DNA of 64,000 nt from an uncultured virus (IMG/VR IMGVR_UViG_3300011258_000941) (Duplodnaviria; Heunggongvirae; Uroviricota; Caudoviricetes): the IMG/VR virus record IMGVR_UViG_3300011258_000941. One strand, 5' to 3'. This document shows positions 10,199-18,478 of this stretch, one piece after another. Position numbers and translations under genes: made by a program. The notes under the pieces are model-generated. The model saw only the letters and a program-made list of their open reading frames with translations, was not told the origin of the DNA and made no database searches. The first letter of the stretch is position 1. Each line of letters begins with the position of its first letter.

Positions 10199-10472
10199 AG
10201 GAATCCGACTAAGCGGATTTAGTCGGAAGGGGGTAAGTATAATCTGTTAGTCGCGACTAACTGATAGGGTCTGCGTGGTGCGTTTAGTCGGAATTTTTAG
10301 GCGCGCCTAATTTTACCCCTACTTTTCGTGAAAGTTATTTAGTCGGATTATTTAGTCGTTAGTCGGGGCAGTTTAGTCGGACTTTTTTAGTCGGAAAAAA
10401 GAAAAATTAGTCGGAAAAATTACCTAAAGAAAAAAATAAATTTAGTCGGAAATTACCGAGTTTAGTCGGGAG

Positions 10473-10504
10473 GCCGCCGCGCCCTCCGAGGAAGGCGGGG
10501 CGGC
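10473..10504 (-). terminator. GC hairpin downstream of ORF 10559-10795
   Basis: Minus strand GCCGCCCCGCCTTC-CTCG-GAGGGCGCGGCGGC. Confidence 0.6.
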
Positions 10505-10558
10505 GTTGGTACGAGCCGTGACCGTTCGCAATTTTTGTGTCTAACAGTGGGAATAAGT

Positions 10559-10795
10559 TTAGTCGTCCGTTGGGTCGATAAGGTAGTTGTCAATCAGTAC
10601 CGCTGTAAGGGCGGGCCACTTAATTGCGAACTCCAAAGGGTTGCGTTGTAGCATGCGGAATTGTCGCATAGCGTAACCTTCCCGAAGGTTTTCTTCATCA
10701 GCCGCAATTTGAACGAAGGTGTCCCCGTCCGTCCATGTTGCAGTTTCGTACAGTGCTTTGTACGCCGCCGTTATTTCTTCTTCTTGTATTTTCAT
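10559..10795 (-). CDS. Hypothetical protein (78 aa)
   Basis: GAGGTGA RBS, promoter at 10829-10856; the stop codon lies inside a CGACTAAA motif. Confidence 0.75.
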   Translation of the reverse strand: MKIQEEEITAAYKALYETATWTDGDTFVQIAADEENLREGYAMRQFRMLQRNPLEFAIKWPALTAVLIDNYLIDPTDD

Positions 10796-10828
10796 CTTTT
10801 CACCTCAATATATCGTAGGGGGTGCTGG

Positions 10829-10856
10829 TATATAAGGCTGTCTACGCCGACTAAAC
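10829..10856 (-). promoter_or_regulatory. Early promoter GTTTAGTCG-N12-TTATA
   Basis: CGACTAAA 10848-10855, TATATAA 10829-10835. Confidence 0.8.
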
Positions 10857-11871
10857 GGGCATTTTCAATTTGTATTATTATTTAGTCGTGACTAATTAGG
10901 CGGGAATAGTTAGCGTTATTTTTATTATTTAGTCGGAATTGGGTGTTTTAGGGCGTTTAGTCGCGACTAATTTATGGGGTCGCAGTGTAGCGTTTAGTCG
11001 GAATTTTTTGGAAAAGTGTCGCGAGTGTAGCATATGAGGGGGATGAGATTTTTTTACGACTAAACAAGAGTAGGTCGTCACTTTTTTAGTCGGGGGCGAC
11101 CGACTAAAGTATCATAGCGCAGTCACGCGTTTAGTCGGAATTTTTTAGGAGGGTGTGTTTATGGGGGGTAGGAAGGAAATGGGTTTTAAATCCCGACTAA
11201 AAGGGGTACTGCAAGGCTGTTATTTAGTCGCGACTAGATGCACGAAAAAACCATATTCCGACTAAAACCCACCGACTAAAAAACAGGGCCACAGTCACGC
11301 GTTTAGTCGCAAAAAAATTTCAAAATCCTCGGAGTCTATGATAGATGAAAATGCGAAAAAAAATACGACTAAACGATGGACTGCAAGCATGGTTTTTAGT
11401 CGCGACTAGACGAGTGTTTTTGGCCTGTTCCGACTAAATCCATATAGGCCACCCACAAAACTGCGAGTCCGACTAAACAGTGGCTAAGTTTTCTAATCCC
11501 TTTTCGTACCGACTAAAAATATCTTGTCACCCATAATTTTTTAGGCGCGCCTAAACTTTTGCCCAAATTCCACCATCCAAAAAAAACTATTGACTACAAT
11601 AAATTCAGCCCCGACTAAATAAACCACCACCCTTCCGATTTTGGCGATTCCATCCCCTTTATTTAGTCGCACCTAAATTTGGCGTGGCGGGGGCCGGTTT
11701 AGTCGCTCCGTTTTAGTCGGCTTCGCCGCCCGTTTAGTCGCTCCATTTTAGTCGTCAAAAATCAAATTTAGTCGGTACGAAATCCCGACTCGGTTTAGTC
11801 GCTATCCCCCGTTTTAGTCGCATTCCTGTATCGCGCCCTTTTTTATTATAAGTATGACACGCAAGATGAGC

Positions 11872-11900
11872 GTTTAGTCGGCATAGAAAGGCTTATATAC
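11872..11900 (+). promoter_or_regulatory. Early promoter GTTTAGTCG-N12-TTATA
   Basis: Motif 11873, TTATATAC 11893; heads the rightward early genes. Confidence 0.85.
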
Positions 11901-11943
11901 TAGTAAGAATATGTATAAATAGAGCCGAAGGAGGCCAACAACA

Positions 11944-12090
11944 ATGATGCGAAACAAAGACGATATGATAACGATGAAGGGCGTGGCCTGTGACAAGTGC
12001 GGATGCAAAAAATTCCGTCCACTTGCTTCCGGCTCAAATGGAAACTGTGTCCACTGTGGCCGTTTCACCATCCTATGGAGTGCTTACTGA
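11944..12090 (+). CDS. Zn-ribbon microprotein (48 aa)
   Basis: GGAGG RBS; CDKC...CVHC. Confidence 0.65.
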   Translation: MMRNKDDMITMKGVACDKCGCKKFRPLASGSNGNCVHCGRFTILWSAY

Positions 12091-12211
12091 TGACTTGCTG
12101 TGAACCAATCCAAATTTTGACCTGCTCGGAACGCTCCGCCGTTCTCTTGTGTGCCGATTGCCGAAACCTACGGTTGAAAGTCCGAGTCCAAAAAGCGTTG
12201 GAGGCATCCGC

Positions 12212-12463
12212 ATGAGCCGAAGTGTTCACTGTGGAATTTGCATTGGGTGGTTTCGTCCCGTCCCGTCCGATGAGGACGAAGGCCAAAATTCCGACCCCAT
12301 AGCGTTCTCAAAACGCCCCTGTGAATACCCGTCATGCGAAAAATGGCGGGCAGGTCAAAGACACATTATACACACCGACCACACGATACCCCTGCCGCAT
12401 GGGACTCATCTTGAAGTGTGTGGCGATTGCTACTTGAAATTTCATGGGGTGTTTGAAGAATGA
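12212..12463 (+). CDS. Zn-finger protein, paralog of 13193-13378
   Basis: RPCEYPSC...HTDHTIPL...LEVCGDCY. Confidence 0.7.
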   Translation: MSRSVHCGICIGWFRPVPSDEDEGQNSDPIAFSKRPCEYPSCEKWRAGQRHIIHTDHTIPLPHGTHLEVCGDCYLKFHGVFEE

Positions 12464-12717
12464 GTAGTCACTTTCACGAATGCCCTATCTGTCAAAAATC
12501 CATATTGGATGCGGCAAACCTACATTATCACATGAAATTTTGTAGGAAGAAAAAATTCCAAAATATCGTTGATGCGGTCGTTTCTTTTGACTTAGCAATA
12601 AGTCAATGCGCCGAAGCCCCTTATCTGTTTGAAGACACCGACATCATACACATGAACACGGCAAAAATCTCAAACATTCTCATCCAAATCCAAAGGAGGC
12701 TTGAAAAATATGACTGA
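12460..12717 (+). CDS. C2H2-like Zn-finger protein
   Basis: CPIC...LHYHMKFC; ATGA coupling. Confidence 0.65.
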   Translation: MSSHFHECPICQKSILDAANLHYHMKFCRKKKFQNIVDAVVSFDLAISQCAEAPYLFEDTDIIHMNTAKISNILIQIQRRLEKYD

Positions 12718-12916
12718 ATGGGTTTCATATCCGAACCCCGACGCAGGTTTGAAATCCGCCTGTCGTCGTTTCCGCATCCGACCCTATGATACTTATCGCG
12801 GTCGCTTTTATGCGCTGATAGACTATGGGCATGAAGGTTACGACCGAAATTGGCCGCTTGACACGACTCATTCCACGATTGAAGAAGCGCAAATCGTCGC
12901 TGAAAGGAGGAATTGA
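12710..12916 (+). CDS. Hypothetical protein
   Basis: GGAGG RBS, coupled in operon. Confidence 0.6.
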   Translation: MTEWVSYPNPDAGLKSACRRFRIRPYDTYRGRFYALIDYGHEGYDRNWPLDTTHSTIEEAQIVAERRN

Positions 12917-12917
12917 A

Positions 12918-13196
12918 ATGAATGAAAAAACAAAAATGCACCCACGAAACCCAAAAATTAGACCGCCCGAAGGCCGACAAGAAATTACAGGCGAAGTCAT
13001 CACCATTCACGAACATGATGGGATTTACAATGGCTTGAATGTGATTTTAAAATGTGAAGGTTATCGTTTGTGGGGTAACCTTCCGAGAAAAATGAAGGCT
13101 AAAAAAGGCGAACTCATAACTTTCACGACTACCGTCAGTGTTTGGGGTGTCGGCTATGGCTTTTTCTATAACCCAACAGGAGGGCGAGTCCTATGA
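12918..13196 (+). CDS. Small OB-fold-like protein
   Basis: AGGAGG RBS; EGRQEITGEV...KKGELITFT beta pattern. Confidence 0.55.
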   Translation: MNEKTKMHPRNPKIRPPEGRQEITGEVITIHEHDGIYNGLNVILKCEGYRLWGNLPRKMKAKKGELITFTTTVSVWGVGYGFFYNPTGGRVL

Positions 13197-13378
13197 GCCA
13201 CGAAAAATACATAGGTCACTCAGCCAACCGACCTTGCGAATATCCATCATGCACAGTCGCCATTTACGGAAGAAGGTTCGTCATCCACAGTGACCACACC
13301 CTCCCTCTCACGCAAGGCACCCGCCTTGAAGTGTGTAGCAATTGTTACTCAAAGTTCTTCGGGGTGTTTGAAAAATGA
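13193..13378 (+). CDS. Zn-finger protein, paralog of 12212-12463
   Basis: RPCEYPSC...HSDHTLPL...LEVCSNCY. Confidence 0.7.
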   Translation: MSHEKYIGHSANRPCEYPSCTVAIYGRRFVIHSDHTLPLTQGTRLEVCSNCYSKFFGVFEK

Positions 13379-13815
13379 GCCACGATAAGTATTACCGAAA
13401 ATATGACCGAAAAAACGATTGGGCGGTTGATGAAGCACCGATTCCATGCCCATTTGGAACGACGCTCAAAAATCCACCCGTTGCTTTCCATGTGATTCTT
13501 CACCCGTTCAAAAGCGAATATCATTGGTCGCCCGATTGGAATTTTGTCGCCATGTATTTTTCATCATCACACGACCCCGCCGATTTATCCGACATTGAAC
13601 ACGCCAATATGAATGGATATGAAATGAAAATTCTCTATGAAATGGAAAATATCACGCCTAAAATATCGTACCGATTTGAACGGCTTGAAGGTACTTCCAT
13701 AGCAACGCGATATTGGCCGATTGCTCAAGGGGTAAAGCACCACAGGGGAAGCCTTGATGGTATCGCTATGACTCTAACGGGAAAACTAAGAAAAATGGTG
13801 GTTGATTTACAATGA
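13375..13815 (+). CDS. Hypothetical protein
   Basis: ATGA-coupled ORF. Confidence 0.65.
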   Translation: MSHDKYYRKYDRKNDWAVDEAPIPCPFGTTLKNPPVAFHVILHPFKSEYHWSPDWNFVAMYFSSSHDPADLSDIEHANMNGYEMKILYEMENITPKISYRFERLEGTSIATRYWPIAQGVKHHRGSLDGIAMTLTGKLRKMVVDLQ

Positions 13816-13994
13816 AAATCCGATGCGAAAAATGTCATGGCTATGGCCTCTTTGGTGGTCAAACCATCCATTCAAGAAATTTTACGGCAATAGTAATTTG
13901 CATAAAATGTCGGGAAGAGATGTGTGTGTTTAGTCGCCAACAAAAGACTTATAAACCTGCTCGTTCTAACAATAAACAGGAGAGGAAAAAATGA
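13812..13994 (+). CDS. Zn-ribbon microprotein
   Basis: CEKC...CIKC. Confidence 0.55.
   Translation: MKIRCEKCHGYGLFGGQTIHSRNFTAIVICIKCREEMCVFSRQQKTYKPARSNNKQERKK
13928..13956 (+). promoter_or_regulatory. Early promoter GTTTAGTCG-N12-TTATA
   Basis: Motif 13929, TTATAAA 13949. Confidence 0.8.
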
Positions 13995-14377
13995 AAACTA
14001 ACAAACAATACCGCAATAGCAAGCCAAATCAAGAAAAATGTATTTGTTGCTTCCGATGGCTTCCCAAATCAAGAATGCGAACTGTTTTCGGCGGGGGGTG
14101 GAAATGCAACCCGAAGGGTGGCTACAAAAATGCGATTGAATGCCTTCATCTTGATAATGACCAAATACACGGAATTGGTGCTTATCATAAACACGGCGGA
14201 AGTCTAAATTGGATTAAGCCGAAGGATAGAAAGTCTTTCGGATGGAAGGAAATTGAGAAGGCCGACCGATGGTTGCTTGAAGGTGAAATATCCGTGGAAG
14301 ACCACAAAAAAACCGTTTGGTATGTCCGTGAAGAAATCGCGCTTGTTGAAAAAGAAATGCAGGAGGATTCACAATGA
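13991..14377 (+). CDS. Hypothetical Cys-containing protein
   Basis: GAGG RBS downstream of a promoter. Confidence 0.7.
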   Translation: MKTNKQYRNSKPNQEKCICCFRWLPKSRMRTVFGGGWKCNPKGGYKNAIECLHLDNDQIHGIGAYHKHGGSLNWIKPKDRKSFGWKEIEKADRWLLEGEISVEDHKKTVWYVREEIALVEKEMQEDSQ

Positions 14378-14519
14378 CTGAAAAACCAAAAATGAACATC
14401 GTCCAACACCGCTTTTCATGCGGAAAATCCGTCAAGGGTATGCTCAAAATCCGACACGAAAAAGGCAAGGCTAATACTTTTGACCCAAAACTATTCCGAG
14501 AAAAATTGGAGGGGTCACA

Positions 14520-15050
14520 ATGACTGACGCAAGGAAAAAAAGCATCAAGGGTTCAAATAACTCCGAAAATCCGAATCAAAATATATGCGCTCGTGCCGTT
14601 GCGTACGCGCTTGATGTTGATAAGGAAGTGCGATATTTGCACACGCTCAACGATTTAATCAAGGCGGCTCGTAAAAAATGGACGGTACGCTCACGATTCA
14701 GCCTTTGGAATAAACATTTCAAAAATATACCCCTCACGGTGAATCAATTTATCAAAATGGTTCCCACCTTCACGATGAAATCCAATTCCCAAACTTCTTT
14801 TACCGAAAAAGAATTTTACGACCCCGACGAAAAAAGAAATTGGATAGAGTCAAAAACCTCATCACTTCGCACCCGCGCATATATCATTTATGTGAAGGGT
14901 CATGTCATGCTTATATCAAGCGACGGTACGGTTCACACCGACACCGCCCCCAAAGAAAACGCCGACCGCCGACAAATCAAAGCGATTTATGCGGTTGGTC
15001 ACTTAGATTCACACACAACGACCGAATGGGCCGACGAGGTGCAACAATAA
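14520..15050 (+). CDS. Hypothetical protein, possible papain-like Cys-His-Asp fold
   Basis: NICARAVA...YVKGHVML...HTDT. Confidence 0.55.
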   Translation: MTDARKKSIKGSNNSENPNQNICARAVAYALDVDKEVRYLHTLNDLIKAARKKWTVRSRFSLWNKHFKNIPLTVNQFIKMVPTFTMKSNSQTSFTEKEFYDPDEKRNWIESKTSSLRTRAYIIYVKGHVMLISSDGTVHTDTAPKENADRRQIKAIYAVGHLDSHTTTEWADEVQQ

Positions 15051-15063
15051 AAACGGTGTGTGT

Positions 15064-15092
15064 GTTTAGTCGCCACCGAAAGGCTTATATAC
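15064..15092 (+). promoter_or_regulatory. Early promoter GTTTAGTCG-N12-TTATA
   Basis: Motif 15065, TTATATAC 15085. Confidence 0.85.
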
Positions 15093-15157
15093 TACACCGT
15101 GTATGTATATTTAGAGCCGAGTAAGGCCGACAACCCAAACAATAGGAGGATAAAAAT

Positions 15158-15412
15158 ATGAAACAGGAAATAAACATTGGAGAAAAAACATACGCAATAG
15201 ATTACAGTATGGGCATGGAAGATTTATGCACAGACTGTTATGAGTATGATAGAAAATACTTTATCGGAAGCGTGGGCAACCTGCGGGTTTACCGCTTGTG
15301 CGCCCATGATTGCTACTTGGTTGAAAATTACTTTACCGATAGGAGTTATACAGAAGGAATTGCAGGTTATCCATACGAATGCGATTATGCCCATGAAGAG
15401 GTGAGCCAATGA
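15158..15412 (+). CDS. Hypothetical protein
   Basis: AGGAGG RBS. Confidence 0.7.
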   Translation: MKQEINIGEKTYAIDYSMGMEDLCTDCYEYDRKYFIGSVGNLRVYRLCAHDCYLVENYFTDRSYTEGIAGYPYECDYAHEEVSQ

Positions 15413-15981
15413 AAATCAAAACGACAGAAGAAATTGCACATAAAATATACGGCTTGAACGACCAACCAAGCGTGTATGTTGCCTGTCTCGGTTGCTACAA
15501 CGAAGGCCGACTTCATGGTAAATGGATGGATGCCGACGAATTGGAACAAAGATGGGAGTCTCCCCGACATTGGGATTCAAGCACAGGTTTGTCCCAATGC
15601 AAAAAACCGCACCACGATGAATGGGCGATTCACGATTATGACGGCGTTCCAAATTTGGGCGAGCATCCCGACATTCCGTATCTCATCAAGGTCATGCAAG
15701 CCGTTGAAGAACACGGCGAGCCGTTTCTTGAATGGTTCAACCTTGACCCTCACAACAAATCCCACCACGACGATTTGGGCGACGCGTTTGAAGAGGCGTA
15801 TGCCGGAGACTACGAATCAAAAGAAGAATTTGCGGAAGAATTTGCCGAAAGTTGCGGCTACATTGACTCCGCTTCAACCAATCCTCTTTGGCGATATATT
15901 GACTTTGAATGGTTTTGGAATGCCGAATTGAGGTATTCACACCACTATTCCAACGGTCATGTCTTTAGGAGTGATATTTGA
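15409..15981 (+). CDS. ardA: ArdA antirestriction protein (DNA mimic)
   Basis: VYVACLGCYNEGRLHGKWMD, EWAIHDYD, YAGDYESKEEFAEE, RYIDFE; strongly acidic. Confidence 0.9.
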   Translation: MKIKTTEEIAHKIYGLNDQPSVYVACLGCYNEGRLHGKWMDADELEQRWESPRHWDSSTGLSQCKKPHHDEWAIHDYDGVPNLGEHPDIPYLIKVMQAVEEHGEPFLEWFNLDPHNKSHHDDLGDAFEEAYAGDYESKEEFAEEFAESCGYIDSASTNPLWRYIDFEWFWNAELRYSHHYSNGHVFRSDI

Positions 15982-16364
15982 TGATTGACCTCGGCCCAAA
16001 AAAGGACATTATCACGGAAGCCGTCAGCGATGACGATTCAAAAAACAAATGGTATGGCCCGTTCAATGCCCACCATGAACCCGAAAAGGTGATTCAAGTC
16101 TTCAACAAACTCGCACGACAAAACCCGAAGGGGAGGAAGTCATCGGTTCTTGTTGGTATTGGTGGGGAAACCCATTGGCTTAGACCTACGGCAAAACTAA
16201 TTAGAGAAATGATTTGGAAGTCAAGTCACCACGCACAAAAATACAGAAATTGTGTTCAAACTACCGAATGGTGGTTTGACCCAAGCATTAGTCTTTCATG
16301 TTGGCCGAAAGCGCATAGCGACGCTTCTCTCAACGCTGAAAACAATTGGGGTGAGGAAGAATGA
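15978..16364 (+). CDS. Hypothetical protein
   Basis: Coupled ORF in operon. Confidence 0.65.
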   Translation: MMIDLGPKKDIITEAVSDDDSKNKWYGPFNAHHEPEKVIQVFNKLARQNPKGRKSSVLVGIGGETHWLRPTAKLIREMIWKSSHHAQKYRNCVQTTEWWFDPSISLSCWPKAHSDASLNAENNWGEEE

Positions 16365-16609
16365 GCGAAGCACCGAAAGAATACGAATTTAAACCCAAAA
16401 TGGCGCATGAAAAAACTCATGTGAATTGTTATCACAACAACAACTTTCATTCATGCAAAGGTGACATGATACAATTCCCAAAACACCCTTCGGGTCGGAT
16501 AGGTCAGCATTATTGTTGTCAAGGTCACGCATACATTTCATGGGCAGATTTGGGCGGTATAGACAAGCACTATAATTTCAAGCGGGTTTACAGGAAGGTG
16601 AGTCAATGA
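16361..16609 (+). CDS. Hypothetical Cys/His-rich protein
   Basis: Coupled ORF, GGTGAGG RBS. Confidence 0.65.
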   Translation: MSEAPKEYEFKPKMAHEKTHVNCYHNNNFHSCKGDMIQFPKHPSGRIGQHYCCQGHAYISWADLGGIDKHYNFKRVYRKVSQ

Positions 16610-16884
16610 GTGAAGAAATGGTAGGGATTTGCGGTTACTGTTCTTCTATGCAAGGCTACCACCCAAGCAATATGCTACTCATAGCACATCACCCAAGTCT
16701 TGCTGATGATTACTGCAAGGCATGTGATTCGCACCATCCCGATTACAAACCGACTGCTGATTGCGAAGACTTTAGACCTCGCAACCCCGATGTCTATGCG
16801 GGTGATACTTGGTTCTGTCAAGGATGCGGATGCGGTACAGAGTTTGAAGTCACTATGACGAAGGCACAGGAGATGATTGAATGA
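16606..16884 (+). CDS. Zn-binding hypothetical protein
   Basis: CGYC, CKAC, CQGC. Confidence 0.65.
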   Translation: MSEEMVGICGYCSSMQGYHPSNMLLIAHHPSLADDYCKACDSHHPDYKPTADCEDFRPRNPDVYAGDTWFCQGCGCGTEFEVTMTKAQEMIE

Positions 16885-17252
16885 AGAGAGCCGGAAGACC
16901 CCCACAAGGGCGCAAAATGAACATAGCCGTGTGCGAGGCCATTCGCGATATGTTGGCCTACCACTCCGCCGTTGCTAAGGAGCCGGTGTGGATGACATTC
17001 AATCAAATTTACGATATTATGGCCGCATCATGGAATTATTCTTTCCCTAAAAGAAACATAGGCCGATGCTTCCCTTCCGTAACACAGTGGGGTCAATGGG
17101 CCTCACAACAAGACAACCTAAAGACTGAATCAAGAAACTTTACGGAAAAAGCAATTGTCAATTTGAAGGTACAGACTTTCAAAACGGAGAAGCGGGCTTA
17201 CGCCTTCACAGGTAAGACCTACCGAGTAAAAACTGTTGGAGGTTCACAGTGA
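16881..17252 (+). CDS. Basic putative winged-helix DNA-binding protein
   Basis: Helix pattern WMTFNQIYDIM...PSVTQWGQW; basic. Confidence 0.55.
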   Translation: MKRAGRPPQGRKMNIAVCEAIRDMLAYHSAVAKEPVWMTFNQIYDIMAASWNYSFPKRNIGRCFPSVTQWGQWASQQDNLKTESRNFTEKAIVNLKVQTFKTEKRAYAFTGKTYRVKTVGGSQ

Positions 17253-17265
17253 GAGGGGTGTGTGT

Positions 17266-17294
17266 GTTTAGTCGCTACCGGAATCTTTATATAC
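17266..17294 (+). promoter_or_regulatory. Early promoter GTTTAGTCG-N12-TTATA
   Basis: Motif 17267, TTATATAC 17287. Confidence 0.85.
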
Positions 17295-17406
17295 TACTGC
17301 GTGTATGTATATTTGTAAGCGGGGACAGCCGACGACAACACGATACCCAACCCAAAGACAACCCAAAAACAAAAACAATGAAAACAAAAAAAATGGAAGT
17401 GAAAAA

Positions 17407-18369
17407 ATGATTGGAAGTTATATGCTGATGGGCCAAAAGGCTCAAGGAAACAATACGGAAGAGGTTTTGCGAAACGCAGGATTAGACTATGAGGTAAGGG
17501 CCGAATCCCTTTACACGGCGGCGGGCCGTGAAGTGCGGAGTAAATTTCAACGCATCGCTCGCACCGATAACGATGTGACGCTTGGTGTGGTTGGAAAGAC
17601 ATACAAGCCGATGCAAAACCGTGAATTGCTCGCGATTGCTGACTCACTCGTTCAAACCGACGACATAGCATGGGACAGAATAGGCATGGTTGGAGAAGGA
17701 GAAAAACTCTATGCTTCCTTCTCGTTGCCCGATTCGTTCCGCATTGATGGTTGGGATGACATAGACCAATACATTTACCTTACGAATACTCACGATGGCT
17801 CCGGTGGTGTGAAGTGCATCCCTGCGAACATTCGGTTCGGTTGTACCAACCAATTCGCATTCCATCGTAAGCAATTGGCGAAGGCGGGTATCAACCCTCG
17901 TGACCTCACGATTCGGCACTCTTCAAAGATGCACGACAGGGTGGCGCAATTCAAAAATGCAATCAACCTTGTGGACACGCTCAACAAAAACTTCGCTGAC
18001 ACGGCGGAGAATTTGCTTCGGGTGGAGATGACGGAAACGGACAAGGCCGAATACTACATTGATGTCCTCGGACTGACGACCGACAAGAAATTGGTATCGG
18101 AAGACAACGAGCATGGCCTCAAGACGCGTGGACTCAACACCTACAACCACTTGAAGGCTCTTGAATCCGCACCGACAAACAACACCGCCGCTATGCGTGA
18201 CACCGCTTGGGCATCGTTCAATGTCATTACGGAATACCTTGACCACGCTTGGGTTCACAATTCAAACGGAACCGTCAATGCGAAGCGCGCCGAATCCGCC
18301 ATTCTTGGAACGGGTTCACGCCAAAAGTCAAAGGCTTGGGACAACATCACCGCCCGTATGGTGGCTTGA
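17407..18369 (+). CDS. DUF932/DUF945 (TIGR03299-like) phage/plasmid protein
   Basis: AGLDYEV, RTDNDVTLGVVGKTYKPMQN, LTNTHDGS, IRFGCTNQ, TAWASFNVITEYLDH. Confidence 0.85.
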   Translation: MIGSYMLMGQKAQGNNTEEVLRNAGLDYEVRAESLYTAAGREVRSKFQRIARTDNDVTLGVVGKTYKPMQNRELLAIADSLVQTDDIAWDRIGMVGEGEKLYASFSLPDSFRIDGWDDIDQYIYLTNTHDGSGGVKCIPANIRFGCTNQFAFHRKQLAKAGINPRDLTIRHSSKMHDRVAQFKNAINLVDTLNKNFADTAENLLRVEMTETDKAEYYIDVLGLTTDKKLVSEDNEHGLKTRGLNTYNHLKALESAPTNNTAAMRDTAWASFNVITEYLDHAWVHNSNGTVNAKRAESAILGTGSRQKSKAWDNITARMVA

Positions 18370-18478
18370 GGGGTAGTCAAGAAGAATTATACTAACAGTG
18401 TTTCATCCCGTAAATGACGGACTCCCCATAGTGGGACTCCCGATGCGGAACGCAACATTACTTTTGGAGGAAAATAAA

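Larger units (their letters stand above)
9558..11880. repeat. Dense array of about 50 (T)TTAGTCG/CGACTAA(A) motifs
   Basis: 52 exact TTAGTCG/CGACTAA 7-mers counted by eye, including TTAGTCGCGACTAA palindromes (within 9558-9575, 10246-10261, 10957-10970). Confidence 0.95.

Noticed and set aside
9558..11880. CRISPR or TIGR-type guide array
   Set aside because: Repeats are only 7-16 bp, in mixed orientation and irregularly spaced. I see no cas operon, Nop-domain protein or box C/D motifs.
18398..18450. Possible hairpin/repeat GGACTCCC after the DUF932 gene
   Set aside because: Short and weakly paired; not distinguishable from chance.
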